Positions 22,387-31,531 of a DNA stretch of 64,000 nt are shown piece after piece. The stretch lies in NCBI GenBank assembly GCA_963775575.1, contig CAVZJG010000003.1, forward strand, positions 492,963-556,962, written 5' to 3'. Positions within the stretch are counted from its first letter, which is position 1. Every line of letters begins with the position of its first letter. A program made the position numbers and the translations under genes. The DNA is from an uncultured Alphaproteobacteria bacterium. GTDB taxonomy: Bacteria; Pseudomonadota; Alphaproteobacteria; Rhizobiales; Beijerinckiaceae. The notes beneath the pieces are model-generated. The model had not been told where the DNA came from and did not search any database. It worked only from the letters and a program-made list of their open reading frames with translations.

Positions 22387-23864
22387 GGCGCCGGCGCCGG
22401 CGCCGGCGCGGTCGCGCCGACCGCTTGGTAAACGTCGTACGAATCGACCTCCCCCGCCGCGTGCGCGATCCGGCGATAGGAGCGCTTCAGCGCGGCGTCG
22501 ACGACCCGCCAGCGGTCCTTCTGTTCGCAGACGTAATGGAGGCGCTGGTCGGCGACGACGAGATAGCGCGGCGCGGTCGCGAGGACCTCCTCGAGCAGGC
22601 CCGGGCCGTTCTGCTGGAAGTCGCACAGCGTGTGGCCGGGAAAGAAATATCGGGTCGGCGGCGCCATTTCGAGCGCGCCGTAGAGCCAGGCGCCGCGATT
22701 GACGACGTAGAGCGCATCGCCGAGCGTCGGGCCGCTCGCCCGGATCGCCGCCGCCGCCGCGGCGAGCGCGCGCGACTCCTGGCGAGCCGAGAGGTCGTTG
22801 CCGGGAAGCGCGAGCGCGGTCGCGAGCGAAGCCAGGCCGAGCGCGGCGAGGCGCATCGCCGCGGGGATCGGATCGAGTTCGGGCGCCGCTTTGGTCAGGC
22901 ACAGCCCCGCCAGAAGCAGGCCCGGGGCCAGCGTCGGGCCGAGATAGGTGATCGCGATCGCGCGCTGGGCGAGGATCGACAGCGACGCGAGCGCGAACCA
23001 GGCTTCGAGCGCGCCAAGCGGCGCGAGGGGAAGCGCGTCTCTGAGCGCGCGCCGTCTCAGCAGCGCCAGGCCGGCGAGGCCGAACATCGCGACGACGCTC
23101 TTCTGCAAGACGAAGTAGCGGCCGACGCCGTCGATGAAGGAGAGGCCCTCGCTGGCGCTTGCCGGGCGGCCGAACGCGCCGAGCAGCGCGTCGTCGATCA
23201 GCGCTTGCGCCGCGCCATGCCAAGCGAAATAGATGAGAAAGCCGAGCGGCGCGACGCTCGCCGCGAACACGAAGACGAGCGCCGCGCGGCCGCGCCCGCC
23301 CGCGCCGTCGGGCGCGCTGATGAGAATGAACAGCAGCGCGACGGCCTCGAAGCCGGCGGTCTGCTTGATCGCGCCCGCCGCGCCGATGAGCAGCCCGGCG
23401 AGCGCGGCGCGCTTCATCAGGCTCAGCGGCGACAGCGCGGCGAGGAAGGCGAGCATCGTCAGCGCGGCGAGCGGGCAGTAGGCGTCGTTGGCGGTCACCA
23501 GTTCGCTGAGGATCGGGTAAAGGATCGCGGCGAACAGGCCGAGCCGAGCGCCGCCGAAGCGGCGGCCGAGAAAGAACATCGCCGCCGCGGCGAGCGCGTC
23601 GAAGGCGACCGCGACCGCGCGCAGCGAACCGAGGCTCGGCCCCAGCAGCGTCTCGGCGCCGGCGAGGATGGCGAAGAAACCGGGCGGCTTGACGTCGAAG
23701 GCGCCGACATAGGGCAAGACGCCGCGGGTCCACAGATGCGCGACCTCGACGTAGAACGCGTCGTCGAGGCCGTCCATCCGCCACAGCGGCAGGCGGACGA
23801 CAACCGTCCACGCCAGCGCCGCGCCGTAGACGGCCAACGCGGCGATGACGGGAGACTCGATCAT
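22383..23864 (-). CDS. polytopic membrane protein, GT-C/ArnT-PMT-like glycosyltransferase (paralog 2)
   Basis: Collinear similarity to paralog 1 (LPLWRMDGLDDAFYVEVAHLWTRGVLPYVGAFDVKPPGFF ... YDVYQAVG). Start taken at MIESP (23864). The ORF is open to 24164 but would then enter repeat copy B. Confidence 0.65.
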   Translation of the reverse strand: MIESPVIAALAVYGAALAWTVVVRLPLWRMDGLDDAFYVEVAHLWTRGVLPYVGAFDVKPPGFFAILAGAETLLGPSLGSLRAVAVAFDALAAAAMFFLGRRFGGARLGLFAAILYPILSELVTANDAYCPLAALTMLAFLAALSPLSLMKRAALAGLLIGAAGAIKQTAGFEAVALLFILISAPDGAGGRGRAALVFVFAASVAPLGFLIYFAWHGAAQALIDDALLGAFGRPASASEGLSFIDGVGRYFVLQKSVVAMFGLAGLALLRRRALRDALPLAPLGALEAWFALASLSILAQRAIAITYLGPTLAPGLLLAGLCLTKAAPELDPIPAAMRLAALGLASLATALALPGNDLSARQESRALAAAAAAIRASGPTLGDALYVVNRGAWLYGALEMAPPTRYFFPGHTLCDFQQNGPGLLEEVLATAPRYLVVADQRLHYVCEQKDRWRVVDAALKRSYRRIAHAAGEVDSYDVYQAVGATAPAPAPAP

Positions 23865-24141
23865 TCGTCGCGCCAGCGGCGGCGCCGGGCGCGCGCGCAA
23901 GGGCGGGAGTTCGTCCGCGACAGAAGTCAATCGAGCGATCCAAGCCGAGGCGCCGGCTTCCGGTCGGAGCGAGGGGCGGCGCGCCGGCAAAGTAACCGCC
24001 AAATCGTGAAGCGGCCGTAAAGGGCGCCAATCCTCGCCGTCATCGAGGAGGAAGCAGCCGCCATGACGGCGGCGAACGAGCGCTTCGAGGCGAAGCGCGC
24101 GAAGAAATAGGTCTGATGTCAGATCGACCGCGGCCCGCCCC

Positions 24142-24455
24142 CTAGAGCTACCGGATTCACGCATCGCAATTCGATGCCTTCCGGGTCCGCTGTGCCTGAT
24201 CCGTGCTCGGCGTCAATGTCGAGCCCGCTTCGCGGGTTGCTCGCTTCGCTCGCAAACATATGACCCCTCCGCGCGGCTCAGGCTCTTCGTTTCCATGATC
24301 TTTGTTGAGCAGGCCGGCCCTGTGGGCCGGCCTGCTCAACAAAGATCATGGAAACAAAACCGCCGCATCGGCGCGTCGCGGTCACCGCGGGGCGGGCGTA
24401 GCGCAGCGGAGCAGCCGCGCAGCGGCTTGACGGCGACGCGCCGATGTGGCCGCCG
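24142..24455. repeat. structured ~330-bp repeat, copy B
   Basis: Same orientation as copy A. Contains a perfect 31-bp-arm hairpin at 24289-24355. Confidence 0.75.
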
Positions 24456-24659
24456 GCCAAGAGAAGATGTGTCAATGGGATAGCCCACCAGGGGGCGGGT
24501 GTGGGAGTCCTACCCACCGTCCCCCGCCACCTCCCCGTGGCGATGGTGCGCAAGCGCGCAATTCCATTTGATGCAGTGCGGCAGGAGCTCACAAACCCAA
24601 ATCGTTGTCGTAACCAATTGGCTCGTCGAGACGGTGTGCGTGACGAAATGGAATTGTTG

Positions 24660-24688
24660 TTGACTTTCTGAGCGCGACGGTTTATATC
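24660..24688 (+). promoter_or_regulatory. candidate sigma70 promoter (TTGACT-17-TATATC)
   Basis: Near-consensus hexamers with 17-nt spacing, about 50 nt upstream of the 24740 start. Confidence 0.4.
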
Positions 24689-24739
24689 ATCGGCCGTACC
24701 GCTCGGATTTGCCGACGGACAATTAGAAGGTCGACGAAA

Positions 24740-25444
24740 ATGGCAAACCGCCTGGATGGACTCACCGAAACGGTTAAGTGGCACCTGATGGTGGAGGCTG
24801 CTAAGCAGGGAGCAAAGTCCCAGGGCTACGCGCTCGAACGCTTGCCCGGCCGAGGGCTCTCCAATATTTGGACGATTACCAAGGACGGGAAGAAACAACG
24901 GGCGGCGATCCGAACGACGCGCGATCGCTGGATTGCGTTCCCTCCCCTCGCCAAGGGAACCAAATGGAAAACGCTCGACGAGGTCGACGTGGTCATCGTT
25001 GCAAGCGTGGACTCCAAGGAGGACCCGGAGAACATCGAGGTCTTCATCTTCCCCGCCGACGAGGTGCGCAAGCGCTTCGACGCCGCTTACGCCGCACGCA
25101 AGCAAACGGGGCACGTCATACGCGAAAACTTCGGAATGTGGGTGGCGTTAGATTACCCCAAGCGAACCCCGCGAGACGCGCCGATTGCCGTCGGTTCCGG
25201 GATCGCTGACAAACATAAGCGCATTGCGGTCTACTCGATCGAGAAGCTCCTCGCCGAAAATGCCGACAGTCTCGCCGCAGCGAGCGAAGACGCTGAAGAG
25301 GCGGAGGCGCTCGAACGGGCCGAAGCCTCGGAGCCGCGCTTCACAACGATTGCTCAGGTTATGGCGTGGACGCGCGAGCAGATAGCGGAAATCGCCGGCG
25401 TAAGAGTCGAAGCCGTCAAACTCGATCTGAGGGTCGAATATTGA
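24740..25444 (+). CDS. hypothetical protein (234 aa)
   Basis: ORF with moderate GC. The N-terminal half has a D...(D)SK pattern (LDEVDVVIVASVDSKEDPENIEVFIFP) faintly reminiscent of PD-(D/E)xK nucleases. The linker is acidic. Confidence 0.55.
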   Translation: MANRLDGLTETVKWHLMVEAAKQGAKSQGYALERLPGRGLSNIWTITKDGKKQRAAIRTTRDRWIAFPPLAKGTKWKTLDEVDVVIVASVDSKEDPENIEVFIFPADEVRKRFDAAYAARKQTGHVIRENFGMWVALDYPKRTPRDAPIAVGSGIADKHKRIAVYSIEKLLAENADSLAAASEDAEEAEALERAEASEPRFTTIAQVMAWTREQIAEIAGVRVEAVKLDLRVEY

Positions 25445-25532
25445 TGTCGGCCGCCAACTGGGCGCGGAGAGGAATCGGCCGCGCCCAGTCACGTAGCAAC
25501 ACGAACGTTTGCGTGACACCAGAAACTCTCCC

Positions 25533-25613
25533 CTCATAGGCTACATGCGCGTCTCGAAAGCCGACGCCTCGCAAGTGCTCGACCTGCAACGCGACGCGCT
25601 CATAGCCGCCGCC
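25533..25613 (+). pseudogene. serine recombinase/resolvase, N-terminal ~25 codons only
   Basis: LIGYMRVSKADASQVLDLQRDALIAAA matches the resolvase N-terminus with the catalytic Ser in RVS. Homology ends at 25613 and a stop follows at 25635. Confidence 0.55.
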
Positions 25614-25620
25614 ATTACCA

Positions 25621-25731
25621 TTACGCCATTACGGTGACGGGGTGGACGGCGCCTCGAGGGCTCCGCTCGTCGAGATATCCGAGGATTTTCGCGAGGTCGT
25701 CTTGCGCGCGCCGCGAATAGCGGACGATCAT
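25621..25731 (-). pseudogene. ParE/RelE-family toxin, truncated after ~28 codons
   Basis: MIVRYSRRAQDDLAKILGYLDERSPRGA is a typical ParE N-terminus. It then runs into unrelated sequence and a stop. The start overlaps the antitoxin stop as ATGA. Confidence 0.5.
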
Positions 25732-25955
25732 AGGCCGTGTCGCTTCCACAACGCGGCGATTTCCGCGTCGGAAGCGAATTCCCCGCGTCTTGCTTGCGCC
25801 AGACCTTCGTCGATGGCCGCAGCGGTTTCCTCGTCGAGCGGAGTCGGAGCGCCCCGCGTCTCGACAGCCCACAGCAGCATTTCCGCCGTCTCGTCCTGAT
25901 CCGCCTCCGGCAGTTTGCGGACCTTTTCAATCGCTTGATCGAGGAGCTTGGTCAT
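25728..25955 (-). CDS. type II antitoxin (ParD/addiction-module-antidote type)
   Basis: 75 aa, MTKLLDQAIEKVRKLPEADQDETAEMLLWAV...GEFASDAEIAALWKRHGL, immediately upstream of the toxin stub. Confidence 0.7.
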   Translation of the reverse strand: MTKLLDQAIEKVRKLPEADQDETAEMLLWAVETRGAPTPLDEETAAAIDEGLAQARRGEFASDAEIAALWKRHGL

Positions 25956-26083
25956 CTGCTTACTTTACCATAAAGAGGCCAGTCGGGACAGACTTTGTGT
26001 CAAACGAAGGCGGCCATTGCAATCGCGGCGCAATCGTGATGGCGTCGCGACCGCCGCGTCCCGCGGCATAGCAAGGAACCGTC

Positions 26084-26506
26084 ATGTCGCCTGGATCTCT
26101 CGCCCTCGTTCTCGCCGCCGCGTTTTCCGGCGCCGCGCTCTACGTCAATCTGGTCGAGCAGCCCGCGCGCCTGGCGCTCGAGGATCAGGCCATGCTCAAC
26201 GAATGGGCGCCGAGCGACCGGCGCGGCGTCGCGCTGCTGGCGGGCCTGGCGCTGCTCTCGGCGGCGCTCGGCCTGGTCGCCTATTTCACCAGCCAGGACG
26301 TGCGCTGGGCGATCGGCGCGCTGATCGTCATCCTGAGCTGGCCCTACACGTTCTTCGCCATGGCGCCGCTCAACGACCAGATTCTGACGCTGGCGCCGCG
26401 CGACATCGGCGCGGCGCGCGTCCTGGTGCGCCAATGGGGCCTGTTCGAATGGGGCCAGACGGGCATCGGCGTCGCCGCCTGCCTGGTGTTCCTGTGGGCG
26501 CTGTGA
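26084..26506 (+). CDS. DUF1772-like membrane protein
   Basis: 140 aa with four hydrophobic segments. YVNLVEQPARL and WGLFEWGQTGIG are typical of the family. Confidence 0.6.
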   Translation: MSPGSLALVLAAAFSGAALYVNLVEQPARLALEDQAMLNEWAPSDRRGVALLAGLALLSAALGLVAYFTSQDVRWAIGALIVILSWPYTFFAMAPLNDQILTLAPRDIGAARVLVRQWGLFEWGQTGIGVAACLVFLWAL

Positions 26507-26556
26507 GGCCGCGCGCCGGCGCCGCATGGACAGGCGCCGCGGCGCGGGAGTAGGAA

Positions 26557-27390
26557 TTGGCCATGTTCGACGCCTCGACCCGCTCCGCCCTCATCGCCCG
26601 CGCCTGGCGCGACCTTCTCGACGCCTGGCGCTATTTTTCACGCCTGCCGGCGCCGTCGTCCGGCGCCGCGAGCGACGCGGCCGCGGGGGCGGGCCCCGAT
26701 CTGGCGCGCTTCTCCTGGGCTTGTCCGATCGCCGGCGCCCTGATCGGCGCGGTCGGCGCCGCCGCGTTCGGCCTTGCCGCCCTGCTCGGCCTGCCGCCGC
26801 TGCTGCGCGCGGCGTTCGCCGTGGCGACGGTGATCGTGGCCGCCGGCGCGATGCACGAGGACGGCCTCGCCGGCGTCGCCGACGGCTTCCGCGGCGGTCA
26901 AACCCGCGAATCCGAGCTCGCGATCGAGCGCGACGGCCGCATCGGCGTCTGGGGAACGCTGGCGCTGATTCTTTCGCTGATCGTGCGCGTCGGCGCGCTG
27001 GCGGCGCTGGCGCGCGGCGGCTTCGTCGTCGCGGCGGCGAGCCTGATCCTTTCCGGCGCGGTCTCGCGCGCGGGCGCGCTCATTCCCTTGGCGCCGCCGC
27101 CCGCCGCCGGCGCCGACGGCGCCGACGCGGGCGCCGGCCGCCTGGAGGCGAAAGATCTGATCGCGGCCGGCTTCGCCGTCGTCGGCGTCGCGTTGGTCGC
27201 CGGGCTCGTCGCGCTCGGGGTCATGCAGGCGCTGTTCGCCTGCGTCCTCGCCGCGGCGGCCGCGTGGGGGACGAGCGCGCTGGCGCGCCGCCGGATCGGC
27301 GGCCAGACCGGCGGCGTCGCCGGCGCGGCGCAGCAGGCGGCCGAAATCGCCTGCCTCGTCGCTCTTCTCATCGGCGGCCGCGCGCCTTAA
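26557..27390 (+). CDS. cobS: adenosylcobinamide-GDP ribazoletransferase
   Basis: Polytopic membrane protein with WRYFSRLP and HEDGLAGVADGF motifs. Confidence 0.85.
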   Translation: MAMFDASTRSALIARAWRDLLDAWRYFSRLPAPSSGAASDAAAGAGPDLARFSWACPIAGALIGAVGAAAFGLAALLGLPPLLRAAFAVATVIVAAGAMHEDGLAGVADGFRGGQTRESELAIERDGRIGVWGTLALILSLIVRVGALAALARGGFVVAAASLILSGAVSRAGALIPLAPPPAAGADGADAGAGRLEAKDLIAAGFAVVGVALVAGLVALGVMQALFACVLAAAAAWGTSALARRRIGGQTGGVAGAAQQAAEIACLVALLIGGRAP

Positions 27391-27399
27391 ATCAGGGCC

Positions 27400-27606
27400 A
27401 TGGATCTTTCCGTTCCGCCGCCCAGCCCCTGCGTGCGAATCTGCGTCGTCGACCCCGATTCGGGCCTGTGCGTCGGCTGCGGCCGGACGATCGAGGAAAT
27501 CACGATGTGGGGCGAACTCGACGCCGACGAGCGACGCGCGATCGTCGCCGGCCTCGCGCGCCGTCCCGAAGCGGCGCGCTCGCGCCCCGCGCGCAGGCGC
27601 GCCTGA
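27400..27606 (+). CDS. DUF1289 (YdhL-like Fe-S) protein
   Basis: SPCVRICVVDPDSGLCVGCGRTIEEITMW. Confidence 0.8.
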   Translation: MDLSVPPPSPCVRICVVDPDSGLCVGCGRTIEEITMWGELDADERRAIVAGLARRPEAARSRPARRRA

Positions 27607-27607
27607 A

Positions 27608-28303
27608 TTGGCCGTCGCCCTCCCCCTCGCCCTGCTCGCTGCGGCGGTGATCGCGCTGTTGCTCGTCCCCGAGAACACGCCGCTCTTCGGGCTCGATCAC
27701 GGCGGTTTCGCGCAGCTCGCCTTCGCCGTCGCCGTTCTGGCGTGGCTGGGCCTGAGTTTGGCGCGGCGCGCTGGGCCAGCAGCGTTGGCGCGCGTCCTCG
27801 GCGGCGCCGCGATCTGGGCGGCGATCATCCTCGGCCTCGTCGGCCTTTACGCCTATCGCTTCGAGGTCGCCGAGGTCGCCGACCGGACGATGGCCGAACT
27901 CTTGCCCGGCGAGCCGCAAATCGGCAAGGGCGGCGAGGTCATCATCGCCCAGCGGCGGGACGGCCAATTCGTCATCCCCGCCAGGGTCGACGGCGCGCGG
28001 GTGGCGTTTCTGTTCGACACCGGCGCTTCGAGCGTCGTGCTGCGCGCCGAGGACGCCAAGCGGATCGGCGTCGACGCCGCCGGGCTCGACTTCGACGTCA
28101 GCGTCGTCACCGCCAACGGCGCGGCGATGGCGGCCGAGACCCGCATCGGCGAGATCGCACTCGGCCCAATCGTCGTGCGCAACGTGCGCGCGCTGGTCGC
28201 CCGGCCCGGCGTTCTCGACCAGAGCCTGATCGGCATGAGCTTTTTGGAGCGGCTGCAGAGCTACACGGTCGAGCGCGGGCGGCTGATCCTGAAGGGGCGG
28301 TGA
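27608..28303 (+). CDS. membrane-anchored retropepsin-like (clan AA) aspartic protease
   Basis: N-terminal TM segments, FLFDTGASSVVL, GMSFLERL. TTG start. Confidence 0.75.
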   Translation: MAVALPLALLAAAVIALLLVPENTPLFGLDHGGFAQLAFAVAVLAWLGLSLARRAGPAALARVLGGAAIWAAIILGLVGLYAYRFEVAEVADRTMAELLPGEPQIGKGGEVIIAQRRDGQFVIPARVDGARVAFLFDTGASSVVLRAEDAKRIGVDAAGLDFDVSVVTANGAAMAAETRIGEIALGPIVVRNVRALVARPGVLDQSLIGMSFLERLQSYTVERGRLILKGR

Positions 28304-28309
28304 ACCGCC

Positions 28310-29305
28310 TCACACCGCCTCGGCGAGCGGCGCGCGCGCGACTCGCGCGACCGCTTCGCGCAGCGCTTCGACGCCCGCGTCGGGGCGCACGGCGAGCGTC
28401 GCCAGCGTTTGACGAAAGCGCCGCGCGCCGGGACGGCCGGCGAACAGGCCGAGCATGTGGCGGGTGATTTCATTGAGGCGCGCGCCGCGCGCCAGTTCGC
28501 GCGCGACATAGGGAAAATAGGCCTCGACCGCCTCGAAGGCGTCGGCGAACGGCGCCGGCTCGCCGAAGATTTCCGGGTCGACGCCGAGCAGCATTTCCGG
28601 ATTGTGATACGCGGCGCGGCCGACCATCGCGCCGTCGACCCAGCGCAAATGGCCGCGGACGGCCTCGAGATCGCCGATGCCGCCGTTGACGACGACGGCC
28701 AAGTCGGGATGGGCCGCCTTCACCGCGTAGACGAGCGGATAGTCGAGCGGCGGGACCGTGCGGTTGTCCTTCGCGTTCAGACCTTCGAGCCACGCCTTGC
28801 GCGCGTGGACGACGACGCCGGCCGCGCCCGCCGCCTCGATCGTCTCGACCAGCGCGAACAGGGCCTCGCGCGGCGCCTGCTCGTCGACGCCGATGCGGCA
28901 CTTGACGGTGACGGGGATTGTCGTCGCCGCCGCCAACGCCGCCACGCATTCGGCGACCAGCGCCGGTTCGCGCATCAGGCAGGCGCCGAAACGGCCGGCG
29001 CGCACGCGATCGGAAGGGCAGCCGCAATTGAGGTTGATCTCGTCGTAGCCGAATTCGGCCCCGATGCGCGCCGCCTCGGCGAGCCGACGCGGTTCGGCGC
29101 CGCCGAGCTGCAACGCGATCGGACGCTCGCACGGGTCGAAGCCGATCAGCCGCTCGCGCTGGCCGAACACCACCGCGTCCGCCGCGACCATCTCGCTGTA
29201 GAGCCGCGCGCGCCGCGTCAGCAAGCGATGGAAGACGCGGCAATGCCGGTCGGTACAGTCCATCAGCGGCGCAACGCTAAATCTAAATGATTGATCTGGC
29301 TGCAT
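28310..29305 (-). CDS. dusA: tRNA-dihydrouridine(20/20a) synthase
   Basis: 331 aa, FSVAPLMDCTDRHCRVFHRLLT..., LNCGCPSDRV. Confidence 0.93.
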   Translation of the reverse strand: MQPDQSFRFSVAPLMDCTDRHCRVFHRLLTRRARLYSEMVAADAVVFGQRERLIGFDPCERPIALQLGGAEPRRLAEAARIGAEFGYDEINLNCGCPSDRVRAGRFGACLMREPALVAECVAALAAATTIPVTVKCRIGVDEQAPREALFALVETIEAAGAAGVVVHARKAWLEGLNAKDNRTVPPLDYPLVYAVKAAHPDLAVVVNGGIGDLEAVRGHLRWVDGAMVGRAAYHNPEMLLGVDPEIFGEPAPFADAFEAVEAYFPYVARELARGARLNEITRHMLGLFAGRPGARRFRQTLATLAVRPDAGVEALREAVARVARAPLAEAV

Positions 29306-29417
29306 TTTTCCTGTAGTCTCAACTCACTAGGTCGGGTCGTGTGCACTCTTTTTTACGCCATCATGCGACCCTTTACGCGGCAGTTCGACGGCTCGGTGCA
29401 CACGGAGCGCACACCCT

Positions 29418-30479
29418 TTGGCGACGTTCACGAAGCTCAATTCCGGTTCCTGGCGAGCCCAGGTGCGGCGGAAAGGAAAATATGTCAACGAGACTTTCCT
29501 TCGCCGAAAGGACGCCGAGGAATGGGCGCTCGATATCGAGCGGCGTATCGATCGCGGCGAACCCGCCCTGGCGCGAAGCTCCCGCAACGCGAAGACATTC
29601 GGCGATTTGATTAAGCTGCATCGCGAGGACCTTCAAGAGGTGGGCAAACCCATCGGACGATCGAAGGCTGCGAGCCTCACCCTTCTCGAGCACAGACTGG
29701 GGCAACTGCGGACCCCAGAACTCGATCGCGGACGGCTCATCCAATTTGGGAAGGAGCGGGCGCGCGAAGGCGCAGGTCCCGTCACTCTCAGTATTGATAT
29801 CGGATATATCAAGACCATCCTGTCGCACGCGGCCGCCGTTCATGGCGTGATACTCTCGGCCGAACCCATCGTTCTCGCGCGAATTGCGCTCGCGCGCCTT
29901 GGTCTCGTTGGGAAAGGGAACGAGCGCGACAGACGACCGACGCAGGACGAGTTGGATCGCCTTGTCGCTGCTTTCGAAGCAAATCCCTACCAACAAATTC
30001 CGGTCGGACGGATCATCCGCTTTGCTGTCGCGACCGCGATGCGCCAGGACGAAATCAGCCGAATTGAATGGGCCGATTTCGACCTGCAGAAGAAGATGCT
30101 CCTCATCAGAGATCGCAAGGATCCGCGAAGGAAGAGCGGGAACAACCAGCGCATTCCTCTGTTAGACGTCACAGGCTACGACGCCTGCGCAATCATCGAA
30201 GAGCAACGATCTCGTGTCGGCAAGAACGGTGGCCGCATCTTCCCCTACAATGGAAGGTCCGTCGGAACGGCGTTCCGGCGCCAGTGTCGCGAGCTCAAGA
30301 TCGAAGACCTTCACTTTCATGACCTCAGGCACGAAGGCACAAGCCGCCTCTTCGAAGCCGGCTTTTCCATCGAGCAGGTCTCGCTCGTCACTGGCCATAA
30401 AGATTGGAAGATGCTCCGACGCTACACGCATCTAAATCCCGAGACGCTGCACCAGCCGCATGTTCGGCGAGTGGCCTAA
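29418..30479 (+). CDS. tyrosine integrase (dusA-associated type)
   Basis: MATFTKLNSGSWRAQVRRKGKY... The C-terminal catalytic region is HFHDLRHEGTSRL...GHKDWKMLRRYTH. TTG start. Confidence 0.9.
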   Translation: MATFTKLNSGSWRAQVRRKGKYVNETFLRRKDAEEWALDIERRIDRGEPALARSSRNAKTFGDLIKLHREDLQEVGKPIGRSKAASLTLLEHRLGQLRTPELDRGRLIQFGKERAREGAGPVTLSIDIGYIKTILSHAAAVHGVILSAEPIVLARIALARLGLVGKGNERDRRPTQDELDRLVAAFEANPYQQIPVGRIIRFAVATAMRQDEISRIEWADFDLQKKMLLIRDRKDPRRKSGNNQRIPLLDVTGYDACAIIEEQRSRVGKNGGRIFPYNGRSVGTAFRRQCRELKIEDLHFHDLRHEGTSRLFEAGFSIEQVSLVTGHKDWKMLRRYTHLNPETLHQPHVRRVA

Positions 30480-30616
30480 AGGTTATCCTTGACCGCCATG
30501 AACGTGCTCCGCGCCGGCGGGGCCCTTCTTGGTAATATATCGCGATCTGGCCACCTTCATCACCCCGATCATTGTTATTCATCCTATCCGACAGGAATTG
30601 AGCTCCCGATCGGCGC

Positions 30617-31531
30617 TTACCCAAGCAGCCGCTTCAGTGCGTCCGATTGCTCGGCGAACTTTCGGGCATTGGTCTTCCGCAGCCGTTCCAGGTTTTGCAG
30701 CTTCCAGCGCGGGCCAGGGAGTTGCTCAAGATGCGGCACACCAAGCAGCGACCATTCGGGCTCCGCGGCGACCAGTGACAGCAGGAACCGGCGCTCATCG
30801 GCGCTCAGACCTTCCTGGAGCTCACGCATCATGCGCACGCGCACCGTCAGGAGCGCGTCGAGATCGACGGGTTTGGCGGTCATGCCTGTAAAATTGTGCT
30901 CGAACTCCTGGCGGATGTCGCGCAGCGACGGAAACAGGACCTCGTGCACCGGCCGGTTATGGCTCGCGAGATAGACGACGAAAGCCCGACGAATGCCGGC
31001 GGTGATTCCCTCATGCGCGAAGAGCTGCAGGACGTCGAACAGATCGCGGGGATGCTGGCGGTCCATCGCCGCGACCAGCTTGCCGCCATACACGTCCTCG
31101 AGCGACACGACCGGGATTTCGAGATCAGCATGCAGCGTCTGCCGCGCATTCTGTGTCAGCGACGCCATGCGCACCGGTTGGACGGTGCCGCGCATGACGA
31201 AGTTGACCTCGATCTTGACCTCGATGCGGCTCCGTCGCACCAGCAGCTTGGTCTCGCCGGACTCCACCGCGGCCGGCGCATGGGTCTGGAAGCCTTGCTT
31301 CCGCAAGCGTGCGGCGGACTGGCGAATAGCCTCGTTGATGCGCCGGAGCGCCTGATCGCGCGGCAGCGCGTGGTCGGGAAACACCAGATCGAGATCGACG
31401 GAAAGGCGCGGCATGTTGCGCAGGAACAGGTTGATCGCTGTGCCGCCCTTGAGCGCGAACGTGTCGTCGACAAGCACCAGCGGCGCGACGCGCGTCAGCA
31501 GCCGTGCACTGTCGAGATAGATCTGGTTCAT
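30617..31531 (-). CDS. abiEii: AbiEii/AbiGii-family nucleotidyltransferase toxin (type IV TA)
   Basis: FALKGGTAINLF...PRLSVDLDLVF. The start overlaps the upstream stop (ATGA). Confidence 0.85.
   Translation of the reverse strand: MNQIYLDSARLLTRVAPLVLVDDTFALKGGTAINLFLRNMPRLSVDLDLVFPDHALPRDQALRRINEAIRQSAARLRKQGFQTHAPAAVESGETKLLVRRSRIEVKIEVNFVMRGTVQPVRMASLTQNARQTLHADLEIPVVSLEDVYGGKLVAAMDRQHPRDLFDVLQLFAHEGITAGIRRAFVVYLASHNRPVHEVLFPSLRDIRQEFEHNFTGMTAKPVDLDALLTVRVRMMRELQEGLSADERRFLLSLVAAEPEWSLLGVPHLEQLPGPRWKLQNLERLRKTNARKFAEQSDALKRLLG

Noticed and set aside
20800-24030. A single 1076-aa ORF spanning both GT-C-like genes.
   Set aside because: Its N-terminal ~550 aa are an out-of-frame, Arg-rich overlap of paralog 2. 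Recognisable membrane-protein sequence starts only at MSARGLATT (22386), which is ATGA-coupled to the stop of the upstream paralog.
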